NCBI RefSeq assembly: GCF_964204645.1
Contig: NC_134032.1
Location: 5,506,275-5,570,274 of the forward strand
DNA: 64,000 bases
Direction of reading: 5' to 3'
DNA from: Tubulanus polymorphus
Lineage: Eukaryota; Animalia; Nemertea
Shown: positions 48,901 to 59,061 of the stretch, in pieces
Position numbering within the stretch: the first letter of the stretch is position 1
Layout of the letters: every line of letters starts with the position of its first letter
Notes under the pieces: model-generated
Seen by the model: only the letters and a program-made list of their open reading frames with translations
Databases searched by the model: none
Told to the model about the DNA's origin: nothing
Translations under genes and position numbers: made by a program

Positions 48901-49815
48901 TGTTTTTAATTCTAACAGGATACTTATCTATCTTATAATTATTTTCAAATGGTTTATAATGAGTTAATCTACAAATATTATAAGTTACAGGATGTAAACA
49001 ACTTATTATAGTCCATAGTAAACATTTATCATCAAAATTTTGTACATTTATTACAGCATTAGTTTTAAATGGTAGTTTAATATAACTTGTTCCATTTATA
49101 CTATCATCTTTATAATATGATAAATTATTTTCATCAATTGGTTTTGATTTAGTTAACTTATTATATTTTGTGTTATAAACATGTAAAGTCATAAATATTA
49201 TTTCATCAAATATTAAACCAGATCCTTCAAAATATTTCTCTTCTATTTTAGTTTTTACTTCATTATAACATTTATCTAATTTATCATCTATATGTTGTTT
49301 TGAAATAATATGTTGTGAATGAGAATTTATATTATATATTGGTTTATCTTCAGATTTTATAAACTTTACTTTAGAAGATATACTTATTTTAGGATATTCA
49401 ACATCTGTAATTATTTTTATTATTTCTTTCATATTTTCTAAATGTTTTTTATTTTCTTCTAATGTTTTTCCTTTATGAAATTTAAACTCGATAGCTGCTG
49501 GACCAATATCACTTTTAAATGCTTCGGTTATCTCTATATCTTTTTTATTATCTAATGAATTAATATATTTTCTTACATCTTCCATGTATGGTCTTTTATT
49601 GTTTAATTTATTTCTTATTCTTTTAATTATCTTCTGTTTCTTATCATCATCTTTATCAAAATAATCTTCACCTAAAATATCATTATTCTTATTTCTAATA
49701 TGACTTTTAGATTTTAAATGTTCTTTATAATATCTTTTATCACTGAATGATTGATTACATGTATCACATTTGTATGTTTCTTTTTCATTCTTTAATTCAT
49801 CTAATTTAGTTTCTA
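45930..49815 (-). pseudogene. polB: Protein-primed PolB, most complete copy (small frameshifting deletion at about 48090, stop at 46083, 5' end replaced)
   Basis: YIDANNLYGWAM, KLMNNAFYGK and YFDTDS in 46083-47900; Zn finger, OTU-like NFDDKC/HYMWIK and EndoVII-like motifs in 47999-49849. Confidence 0.93.
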
Positions 49816-50334
49816 GACCAATTGATTTAATACAATATGCTTCGACCATACGGAAACATCCTTACGGGATCCTAAAGACGGGTGATAGGATCCCGTAAGG
49901 ATGTTTCCGCATGGTCGAATCATTTTGTCTACCGCTTCGTGAGGGCAGATCGCAGGTATACCTTCGATCCTGACGATGGTAGGAGTCTCCAAAGCCCATC
50001 GAAACTGTATAGTCGCTCCTCTAAACATAATCCTGTGGTTTTTTAGAATGGTGTATTGTTCGTCAGATCCACAAAATACTCCCCCGTTGTAAGTGTTGAA
50101 GTCAATTACTTTTTCAACACATCGGCGAGCCGTATCATCGTTTGCCAAGATTTCACGTATCTGGTCAGTTTTAAGTTTATTGTACTGAACCCTAACTTTA
50201 GGGACCAGTAAGAAGTTTTCGAAGTCCTTAGCCATCGTGTTGTTGTATTTGAATGTATTCGCCTGGAGTAGAGCCATACTTAGTCAATTGAAGAGCGCGC
50301 CGAAAGTACGTCCGTACAGTAAGCAAGCGACACA
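49816..50334 (-). mobile_element. 5' fragment of a Tx1/L1-like non-LTR retrotransposon (5' UTR plus truncated ORF1, 49813-50277)
   Basis: Higher GC; TIVRIEGIPAICPHEAVDKMIRPCGNI resembles the ORF1 RRM segment; lies between two viral fragments. Confidence 0.6.
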
Positions 50335-50826
50335 GATGAAATTATTAATGAGAATATTAACTTCCCAAGAAGATCTATTAAAGGTATATTAATATTTTTT
50401 ACTATTGCAACATATTCTAATGGTGCAATAAAGGTAGATAATTATTATAATCCTGAAATAACAAAAGTAGAAATAACTATCGAAGGTATAGCAAATAAAA
50501 AATTTTGCCAGGGAATGAGAATGATAGATCAGTGGCCAGAAATTAGAAAACATTTTATGAATGAAAAAGTAAAATCATTCGAAAATTGTAATATTAATCA
50601 AATTGATTATTATACCAGTAATAAATATGCATTATGGTTAGATTTTAGAACAACAGAGGATAATTCATTACATGGTTCTGGGAAAAGGCTACAGAACACT
50701 AAAGATGGAATACAATTATTCATGAAAAAGAAAAAAGGAAGCTTAAATTTTAAAATGCACATTTATATTATATCTGACGCACAATTAAATATTGTAAATT
50801 CACAATTAGATAGTATTCAATATTAG
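50335..50826 (+). pseudogene. Major capsid protein 3' fragment
   Basis: DEIINENINFPRRSIKG...QLDSIQY. Confidence 0.85.
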
Positions 50827-50860
50827 AAATATAAAGTTAAAATTAAGAATATATAAATGG

Positions 50861-51985
50861 GTGGTAAAAAAAACTCCTAATACTAAAGAACAATATTTAA
50901 GAAATTTATATTACAACCCTGAGAGTTCGGTTGCTTATTCTTCTACCAAAAATATATGGCGTCAAGTAAAACAAGATAAATTAGATAAGATAATCCCACA
51001 AAATTTAGTTAAATATAAAGATATAAATGAATTTATGTTAGAACAACCAACATACACAACACATAAAAAAATTGTTAGAAAATATAAAACTCGTAAAACT
51101 ATGGTAAGTTATGTAGATCAACAGTGGCAAGGAGATTTAATTGATATGAAAAATGTTAAGAAAGATAATGATGATTATTGGTGGATATTGAATATAATTG
51201 ATATTTTTAGTCGTTATGTATGGAGTTTCCCACTTTATAGAAAAGATGCTGCACAAACATCAAATGTTTTAAGAAAATTTCTTTCGGATGATAAACTAAA
51301 ACCAGAAAAAATACAATTTGATGATGGAAAAGAATTTGATAATTCACTTGTTCATAAACTCTTAGATAATCATAATATTAAATATTTTTCAACAAAATCG
51401 GATAAAAAAGCAGCAGTTGTTGAACGATTTAATAGAACATTAAGAACAAGAATGTGGAAATATTTTACAGCAAATAATACTTTTAAATGGATTGATGTTT
51501 TACCAAAATTGATAGAAGGATATAATAATTCTTATCATTCTTCTATTGGAATGAAACCTATCGATGCTAGAAAACCTGAAAATGCTGAAATTGTTTGGAA
51601 TAATTCATATGGAGCATTTCTTGTAGATGATTTTGGTGAACCTAAATTTAAAGTTGGTCAAAATGTTAGAATTTCTAAGTATAAAAAGATATTTGACAAG
51701 GGATACGATCGAAATTTTACTAGGGAAATATATAAAATAAAAAAGGTAATAACAACAAAACCACATGTCTATAAATTAGAAGATTTAGATGGTGAAGAAG
51801 TTGATGGGTATTTTTATGAAGAAGAATTGAGTTTAACTACTGAAAATCTAGAACAAGAATATAAAATTGAAAAAGTATTAAAAACAAAAACTTTTAAAAG
51901 AAAAAAATATTCTTTAGTAAAATGGGTTGGATGGCCAGATAAATTTAATGAATGGATATTATTAAGTAAAATTAAAAATATATAA
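50861..51985 (+). CDS. rve integrase-chromodomain, divergent paralogue (likely true ATG at 50857 with an A-run frameshift)
   Basis: QWQGDL, QFDDGKEF and VERFNRTLR motifs; LVKWVGWPDKFNEWI chromodomain. Confidence 0.9.
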   Translation: MVKKTPNTKEQYLRNLYYNPESSVAYSSTKNIWRQVKQDKLDKIIPQNLVKYKDINEFMLEQPTYTTHKKIVRKYKTRKTMVSYVDQQWQGDLIDMKNVKKDNDDYWWILNIIDIFSRYVWSFPLYRKDAAQTSNVLRKFLSDDKLKPEKIQFDDGKEFDNSLVHKLLDNHNIKYFSTKSDKKAAVVERFNRTLRTRMWKYFTANNTFKWIDVLPKLIEGYNNSYHSSIGMKPIDARKPENAEIVWNNSYGAFLVDDFGEPKFKVGQNVRISKYKKIFDKGYDRNFTREIYKIKKVITTKPHVYKLEDLDGEEVDGYFYEEELSLTTENLEQEYKIEKVLKTKTFKRKKYSLVKWVGWPDKFNEWILLSKIKNI

Positions 51986-52592
51986 ATGAATAAGGAATTA
52001 TTTATATTTGAGCCTCATAATATGTTAATTTCTGGTGTAACAAATTGTGAAAAAACTTATTTTATATTAAATTTATTAGAAACTGTTTATAAAAACTATT
52101 TTGATAATATAGTATTATTTTGTCCAACATGAATTTAATCAAACTTATGATAGAAATATTACTAGAAATAATAAATTTATTATATTAGATCCTAAAACAG
52201 TAAAAGAAAATTTAGATAATTGTATGAAAATAGCAATAGATTTTTATAAAGGATCAAATACATTATTCATTATAGATGATTGTGCAAATTTACATGATTC
52301 AAAAATTAGAGAGAGTGAGTTATGTTAATTAGCTTTTTCTGGCAGACATTTTGGGATAACAACTTGGGTTTTAAATCAAAAATATAATTCAATTGTTAAA
52401 GACTTTAGAGAAAACATTAGATTTCTAGTTTTATTCTACAATAAAGATAGAAAGTCGATGAAAAATGCACTTGAGGAAAATGATATTATTCCACATGATT
52501 TACATAATGAATATATGGATAAATTGAAAAATAATAAAAGATCAAAATTACTATTTATATTACAACACCCATTTAAATATGAATTTATTTAA
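51986..52592 (+). pseudogene. Packaging ATPase, divergent and disrupted
   Basis: MNKELFIFEPHNMLISGVTNCEKT (Walker A G>E), FIIDD and GRH; stops and frameshift. Confidence 0.85.
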
Positions 52593-52870
52593 ATTCAACA
52601 GGTTTGTTAATCTATTACATATTTAGTTACATTCTAATTGCATTCTACTTATTGGTATTTGAAACAAAAATCAAATAAAATTCAACAATATTTTAACTAG
52701 CTTGTTAATCTAGTATATTTGTAGTTACATTCTAGTTGAATTCTAGTTATTGGTTGTTGGAACAAAAATCAACTAGATTTAACAAGAAATAAATAAAAAC
52801 AACAATATTTCAACTAGCTTGTTAATCTAGTTGAATTCTAGTTACATTCTAGTTAAATTCTAGTTGCAAC
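52593..52870. repeat. Intergenic array of CTAGTT/GAATTC-core short palindromic repeats
   Basis: Recurrent CTTGTTAATCTAG, GTTACATTCTAG and CTAGTTGAATTCTAG units; related sequence at 31940-31970 and 58800-58850. Confidence 0.65.
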
Positions 52871-52897
52871 ATTACAACTAATTTTTTTGTTATATAA

Positions 52898-53503
52898 ATG
52901 GGAGGTGAAAAGAAAATAAAATCTAAAATTGGTGATGTTCCAATTGAAAAAACTTTAGATGATTTAGGAATAACAGAAACAAAATTAACTCCAGATGATG
53001 GTGCTTTAAATAATGTTACAACAAATAATAATTATGAATATTATCTTTATTGTAAACATCAATTAGAAATATTAATAGCATCTGGAAAATGTAAAAATTA
53101 TATTGGTAAAAATTTAACTTATAATGAATTAGATACAATGAAACCAGATGAAATTATTAGATTATTTAAGATTTATGAAGCCGCGCGAACAGCTAGAATT
53201 AATGACGCAATATCAGAAAATGTAGTAAAAGGTTATAGTAAATTATGTAATTATATACTACCAATTGAAGATGAAAATAGATTATATTCCGATTTAAAAA
53301 ATGATTATTTAGTTATGACTGAATTAAATAAATGGATTGGATATTTATCATTTCAATTAGGTGAATTTATGACATTATTATCAACTGGAGTTATAACATT
53401 TTCAAATATTGAAAGTAAAAATTTTTCTATAATAAATGAGCGAGGTGGAAGAAGTGAAGGAATTAACTGTGAAGAAAAAACCGAGAACTCAGAAACAAAT
53501 TGA
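52898..53503 (+). CDS. Hypothetical protein (201 aa), divergent homologue of 32153-32761
   Basis: Shared IEKTLDDLGI, YEYYLYCKH, FKIYE and NDYLVMTEL motifs. Confidence 0.75.
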   Translation: MGGEKKIKSKIGDVPIEKTLDDLGITETKLTPDDGALNNVTTNNNYEYYLYCKHQLEILIASGKCKNYIGKNLTYNELDTMKPDEIIRLFKIYEAARTARINDAISENVVKGYSKLCNYILPIEDENRLYSDLKNDYLVMTELNKWIGYLSFQLGEFMTLLSTGVITFSNIESKNFSIINERGGRSEGINCEEKTENSETN

Positions 53504-53954
53504 ATGGTCTCGGCAATTATGAATTAAATCACAAGAATATAAAAAGCTGTAAAAGAAAAAATAAGTAATAAAAATGGTGAAAATATTGTCCAGATAAGTC
53601 ATTTCGGATTCTAGATATTCATTATTTTTATTAATTTATTTTGTTTTTTTAATTTGAAGTTTTTACTTGAATATTGTATTACAGTCGTTTCTTATTATTA
53701 GTTTTTTCTTAAATTGAAAGATGGCAGCACTGGGTGTGATGCTAAAATGAATATTTGAATTTGAATTTGTTAATCAATTAACATGGTAATTGATTACTAA
53801 TTTGATTAAAAATTATATCATAATTAAGTTAAAAATCCATAATTCATTTATCAGTTTTCATTCTTATATTCTTTTCATTCGGAATAATTTATAATTTCAA
53901 ATTTCACATATTTTTTTTAGCACCAGCAACATTTACTTAGGTGTTTTAGCTAAG

Positions 53955-53961
53955 TATATAA
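53955..53961 (+). promoter_or_regulatory. TATA box about 30 nt upstream of the candidate structured RNA
   Basis: TATATAA at 53955; terminal stem begins at 53986. Confidence 0.5.
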
Positions 53962-53985
53962 GGCAATTCATTCGACCACTGGAGT

Positions 53986-54271
53986 GCCGCCACTGGCTTG
54001 CAGGGGCATTTCGAAAATGTACCTTTGTCCACCCTCCGTGGTTCTCCTTCACTTTCGACTTTCGATCCTCCTTTCGGGGGTAAGGGGTTGATAGGAAATG
54101 CATTAGGCGCCTTTAATATAATGTGTTTCCTGTCAACCATTGAAGGAGAATTGGTGAGGTGTGGGTCACAGGGGTGTAAGTAGAAATGCTTGGGGATAGG
54201 TATCTCGTGGCGCCTCTCAATAACGGGATGCTTATCCCCTAAAAACTCTGCGAGTCAAGTCGGGTGGTTTT
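53986..54271 (+). ncRNA. Candidate novel structured ncRNA (~285 nt, Pol III-like) with two GGCGCC-loop hairpins
   Basis: Seven compatible helices found by hand, many G-U pairs (plus-strand specific), upstream TATA, first TTTT directly after the closing stem. Confidence 0.65.
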
Positions 54272-54582
54272 GCTAAAACTTACCGTAAAAACATTGAAAT
54301 ATTCCTTTTAATCACGAGAGAGAGAATGTATCCTGTCCTGTGTGTGTTGTACGTATTGCGTGCTTATTATATAACTGCTAGCTATCCAATATAACAACAA
54401 CGTTTAATTGCAACACCTGTTTGATCGATCAATGTTCAAATGAAGCACTCTCTTATAATAACATGTAACAGATGTTTGGCTGTATGATTGTAGTTGTTCG
54501 TAAAACGACTAAAGTCATTTTTAGATATTCATTATTTTTATTTTTTATTTAATCAACAATTTCTAAATCATTATGACCGTCT

Positions 54583-54876
54583 TCATTTTTTTCCATGATA
54601 GATTATTTTAAATCCTTCTAAATCTTTTAATTCCTCTGTACTCAATGAAACCCATTTATCGGGTAAAAATACTTTAAATTCTCGCGATGTACTAACATTA
54701 CAGTAACTTAAATTCGCTGATACTTTCTCTCCATATTTAGTTTTTATCTTTTCTAATTTCAATATTTTATGTTCAATTTCTTTTGTAACATCAACTAACT
54801 TTTTTATTTCAAATCGTTTTTTTGCTGGTTTTATTTTGTTATTTATTGTTGCTAAGAATGCTTTTCTATCTCCCAT
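54583..54876 (-). CDS. Divergent paralogue of the 117-aa OB/SSB-like protein (possibly with a premature stop)
   Basis: KTKYGEKV...FKVFLPDKW..LSTEEL...YHGK aligns with NNYGDKL...FRTYLPDRF..LSSEDL...YKGK. Confidence 0.6.
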   Translation of the reverse strand: MGDRKAFLATINNKIKPAKKRFEIKKLVDVTKEIEHKILKLEKIKTKYGEKVSANLSYCNVSTSREFKVFLPDKWVSLSTEELKDLEGFKIIYHGKK

Positions 54877-54891
54877 TTATAAGGAAAAAAA

Positions 54892-55749
54892 TTACTTGTG
54901 GTGATGAGTGGTGTTTAGTACTCTAGTACTCTGGTATGAAACCCACATCTTCCAATTGCTATCATCAATAGTTGTTTCATTGTTATGCTTATTCATCCAA
55001 TCAAATTTATCATTATTTTCTACTTTATGTTTCATAGAATCTTTATTATCAATATGTGTAACTATTTTTTCATTATCATCTTTCTTAGTGTTTGCTCCTA
55101 ATATTTCATTTACAATGTTTGATCCTAATATTTTATTAGCATCGGTTAAATCTAATTCATCTTGATTAGGTGCTGCTAATAATAAATCTTCATATAATTC
55201 TTTACCATTTACTTTTTTATTTGAAACAAACTTTGTAACATATATAAATGGGTGTTCTATAAATTCTCTTAAACCAACACGTTCTATTACATTAGTAATA
55301 TGTACCTTTGTATTCATATGTTTATTCCAATTTGATGGAGCGTTTGAAAATTCACCTTTACAATAATCAAAATAATTTCTATTTTCACTAATATTTAATA
55401 TTATTTCATTATTAGATGTAGAAGGTATTACATTATTAGATGTAGAAGGTATTACATTATTAGATGTAGAAGGTATTGCATTATTAGATGTAGAAGGTAT
55501 TGAATTATTAGATGTAGAAGGTATTGTTTTATTAGATGTAGAAGGTATTACATTATTATCAATTACATTACTTAAATTATCAACAACACCACTTTTATTA
55601 TTATCGATTTCTATTAGTTTAGTTTTATAAATTTTGAAAATAGGATCAAATATCAAAGCTATATTACAAGGTATTACATAATATAAACCATCATTATTTT
55701 CATGTGTATCGATGTATGGAATATGTTTATATACTTTACCTCCTTCCAT
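54892..55749 (-). CDS. MEGGKVY-family variable protein with six 8-aa repeats
   Basis: 285-aa ORF; 24-bp minisatellite at about 55410-55555. Confidence 0.7.
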   Translation of the reverse strand: MEGGKVYKHIPYIDTHENNDGLYYVIPCNIALIFDPIFKIYKTKLIEIDNNKSGVVDNLSNVIDNNVIPSTSNKTIPSTSNNSIPSTSNNAIPSTSNNVIPSTSNNVIPSTSNNEIILNISENRNYFDYCKGEFSNAPSNWNKHMNTKVHITNVIERVGLREFIEHPFIYVTKFVSNKKVNGKELYEDLLLAAPNQDELDLTDANKILGSNIVNEILGANTKKDDNEKIVTHIDNKDSMKHKVENNDKFDWMNKHNNETTIDDSNWKMWVSYQSTRVLNTTHHHK

Positions 55750-55781
55750 TTATTATATAAATTTTTATTAAAGTTAAAATT

Positions 55782-57008
55782 CTAATACATAACACTATTT
55801 AATTGAGAATTTACAATATTTATTTGCGCGTCAGATATAATATAAATGTGCACTTCAAAACTTATGATTCCTTTATTCTTTGTCATGAATAATTGTATTC
55901 CATCTTTAGTGTTCTGTAGTTTTTTTCCAGAACCATGTAATGAATTATCCTCTGCTGTTCTAAAATCTAACCATAGTGCATATTTATTACCGGTATAATA
56001 ATCAATTTGATTAATATTACAATTTTCAGATGATTTTACTTTTTCATTCATAAAATGTTTTCTAATTTCTGGCCATTGATCAATCATTCTCATTCCTTGA
56101 CAAAATATTTTATTTGCTATTACTTCGATAGTTATTTCTACTTTTGTTATTTCAGGATTATAATAATTATCAACATTTATCGCGCCATTAGTATATGTTG
56201 CAATGGTAAAAAATATTAATATACCTTTAATAGATCTTCTTGGGAAGTTAATAATCTCATTAATAATTCCATCATTTGCATTAATAGTTACAGTTTTAGA
56301 TTTATCAATATAATCATATAATAATGAAAATCCTTGATTGTATTTAGTTTGAATTATACTTGAAATATTTTCATCAGTTACTGTATCATATTCTAAACAT
56401 ATATTCGATAATTTATAACCCATATAGCGTTAATAAACAGGAGCAAATGTTATTTCGAATATAACGTCTTCTTGAATTGCGTATTTATATAAAGGCGCAT
56501 TATTATTTATAAATTCAAAGTCTAATGGAATTTTATATTTGCTTCCATATATACTTTTTATCAATTTATCTATAGCATTAGTTAATATTGCATTATGTGC
56601 TTCTGATCTTAATTTATTTTGGTTTTCTGATTGGATGCCTTGAAATATCATATTATTTCTATTTTCTTTAGTTAACCATAAATCTTTATAATGCATAAAT
56701 AAATTATAATCATCTAATGAGAAAACTGTTTCTGGACCAATCTTTATTCTTAATTTTTTAATCAAATATCTTCCAACATTATCAACAACATAATTATTAT
56801 TATTACCGGTTACTTTTATATCGGCTAATAAATAAATACTATTTGGAACTTAAAAAGTATTTTGTGTTAATCGAGGAATTCTAACATATAAAGTTTCATC
56901 GGGATTAATTTTAGAAGGATTATGAGTAATTATATGATGTGATCTTTCTGCTTTAATAGCATTAGATATTCTATGATTCTTGGAAGGATTGATATAACTC
57001 CCACTCAT
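55782..57008 (-). pseudogene. Major capsid protein, disrupted
   Basis: ORFs 55782-56423 and 56430-56765 plus a 5' part with a stop. Confidence 0.85.
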
Positions 57009-57028
57009 TTATTTAACAAAAAAATTAA

Positions 57029-58762
57029 TTATTTATTTTTTATCATGTTTACTAACCCAAAAATAATTGCACTTACAACTGTAATTAAAAATAAAATAAT
57101 ATGTTCAGCAGCAAAGTTAATAATGTCTCCTGCAGATTTCAATATAAAACCAACAATTGATGCAATAACTCCGGGCAATGCTGCAGCAGATTTTTTAGAT
57201 AGTTCCCATAAATATTTTGCTAATTTCTTTAAACCATCCTTAACTTTATCTTGTATAGAATTATTATCTGGGGGTTTATCTGGTTTATTGGGAGTAGGAG
57301 TAGATTTTAAAGCATTTGATATAGCTAAACCAATTGTTGTAAATACCATAGTTACAGCTGTTAGAATTGAAAGAATTGTTATTCCTTCTAATTTAAATAA
57401 TAATTTTATTCTATCTTTCAATGATATTTCAGAATTTGGTTTTATCAACAAATCTTTAAAAATAACTTTTAATTTTTTAATATGATTAAGATCATATGAT
57501 TTTAATGATATATCTCTTTCTTTTTCCTGTAATTCTTTGTTATATTTTAAATCATCTATTTGTTTTTCTAAAGCTAACTTTCTGCTTTCATAATCAGCTT
57601 CCTCTATTACTTGAAGATTTTTATTTAATTCTAATTGTTTTAATTCTTCATTTGCATTAGCTAATTCTTTTTCTAAAATGGTTAATTTAGAAAATCTCAT
57701 CTTAATATTAGCAATTTCACCGGCTGATTCTTGCATACCTTTAATTTCTCTACGTGCTTGTTCAGGAAATGCTTCTAATTCATCATCAGTTAAATCAAGT
57801 AATCCTTTTTCTAGTAAAGATTGTATTCGATTTATTCCAGTACTATTCATCTCTTCTTCTGAATCTCTTAATCTATCAATTTGTTTTTCTAATACTAATT
57901 GTAATTGACTTGAATCATTATCAATTTGTTGAATATCTCTTCTCGATGTTTCGGGTGTTGAAAATCTTAATTTATCTAATCGATCTCCATCCTCTTCCAT
58001 TTCTGGTTCTAAATTATCATAGATTTTGTCAAATAACTCATTAATTCTTAGTTTGAATTCTTTTCTATTTATTTCTTCTTGTGTTACATCTTCTAGTTCA
58101 TTACTATTACTTATTCTTTTAATTCTAAATGTTTCAAATTTTCTCAAAGTTGATTCTGCTAATATTATATTTTGATTTTTATAAGTGATATTAATATAAT
58201 AATCATCTTTCAAATGATAATAATATTCACCATCTAAATATATTAATTCTTGTGCTAAAAGTCTGGCGCCTTTATCATTTATATTATATCCAGAATCTTT
58301 AAATACAGGTTTGAATTTATATATAAATTCATTTTTTTCTAAATCTTGTCTTGATAAACCTGGATTTTCATTTTCAGGTTTTATTCTCGATCTAGTTTTT
58401 CTAATATATTCCTCTGTTGACGGGGCTTTATGACCACTATCTGCTAAATTAGAATTATATGCTGATTCATCATCATTATCAATATTAGTATCAGCAGACA
58501 CATAATCATCATCGTTAGTATTGGCATCATCATTATTTCCTCTGTTTTCCATTTCATAATCTTCTCCACCTTCAAAATAATCCTCACCTAAAATATCATT
58601 ACTCATATTTCTAATATGGCTTTTAGATTTTAAATGTTCATTATAATATCTTTTATCACTGAATGATTGATTACATGTATCACATTTATATGTTTCTTTT
58701 TCATTCTTTAATTCATCTAATTTAGTTTCTAGTATATCATCTTTATATTCTAGTTTCAACAA
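57029..58762 (-). CDS. Chimeric ORF: PolB N-terminal Zn finger fused in frame to a variant acidic/coiled-coil/TM protein
   Basis: KLEYKDD...ILGEDYF (PolB) joined to EGGEDY... at about 58572; C-half matches 40143-41873. Confidence 0.75.
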   Translation of the reverse strand: MLKLEYKDDILETKLDELKNEKETYKCDTCNQSFSDKRYYNEHLKSKSHIRNMSNDILGEDYFEGGEDYEMENRGNNDDANTNDDDYVSADTNIDNDDESAYNSNLADSGHKAPSTEEYIRKTRSRIKPENENPGLSRQDLEKNEFIYKFKPVFKDSGYNINDKGARLLAQELIYLDGEYYYHLKDDYYINITYKNQNIILAESTLRKFETFRIKRISNSNELEDVTQEEINRKEFKLRINELFDKIYDNLEPEMEEDGDRLDKLRFSTPETSRRDIQQIDNDSSQLQLVLEKQIDRLRDSEEEMNSTGINRIQSLLEKGLLDLTDDELEAFPEQARREIKGMQESAGEIANIKMRFSKLTILEKELANANEELKQLELNKNLQVIEEADYESRKLALEKQIDDLKYNKELQEKERDISLKSYDLNHIKKLKVIFKDLLIKPNSEISLKDRIKLLFKLEGITILSILTAVTMVFTTIGLAISNALKSTPTPNKPDKPPDNNSIQDKVKDGLKKLAKYLWELSKKSAAALPGVIASIVGFILKSAGDIINFAAEHIILFLITVVSAIIFGLVNMIKNK

Positions 58763-59061
58763 TGAAATAATACAAGAGTGATACTAACAGTTAAAGTTAT
58801 TGAATTTCTTGTTAAATCTATTTGAATTCTAGTCAATTCTTGTTAACCAATAGCGCGAATAGAAATCAAATAGATTTGAATAAAAAAACAATAATTTAAA
58901 TAAGTTAGTATTAGATAAAGTAACTTATTGTTTTTTTATTCAAATCTATTTGATTTCTATTCGCGCTATTGGTTAACAAGAATTGACTAGAATTCAAATA
59001 GATTTTACAAGAAATTCAATAACTTTAACTGTTAGTATCACTCTTGTATTATTTCATTGTT
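58758..59061. repeat. Long hairpin: 137-bp inverted arms (one mismatch) with a 30-bp loop
   Basis: 58758-58894 is the reverse complement of 58925-59061. Confidence 0.92.

Larger units (their letters stand above)
31089..49815. mobile_element. Polinton/adintovirus-like element, copy 5 (near full length, about 16.4 kb after removing two TE insertions)
   Basis: HNH, integrase and ATPase on +; MCP, penton and PolB on -; PolB, integrase, ATPase, MCP and penton all present. Confidence 0.93.
50335..53600 (+). mobile_element. Second Polinton lineage fragment: MCP 3' > integrase > ATPase > repeat region > two hypothetical genes
   Basis: MCP is near-identical to the main family, but integrase, ATPase and hypotheticals are clearly diverged and the gene order differs. 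Confidence 0.82.
54583..58757 (-). mobile_element. Polinton-like element, copy 6 (arm 1 with a large PolB-to-coiled-coil deletion)
   Basis: PolB N-terminus fused to the coiled-coil gene, then MCP and MEGGKVY gene. Confidence 0.88.

Noticed and set aside
53946-54183. Two short ORFs over the GC-rich island
   Set aside because: No motifs and no viral codon bias; base-pairing explains the sequence better
53986-54271. Identity with tRNA, 5S, 7SL, 7SK, RNase P/MRP or telomerase RNA
   Set aside because: I could not see their hallmark sequences or a telomeric template by eye; an Rfam search is still required
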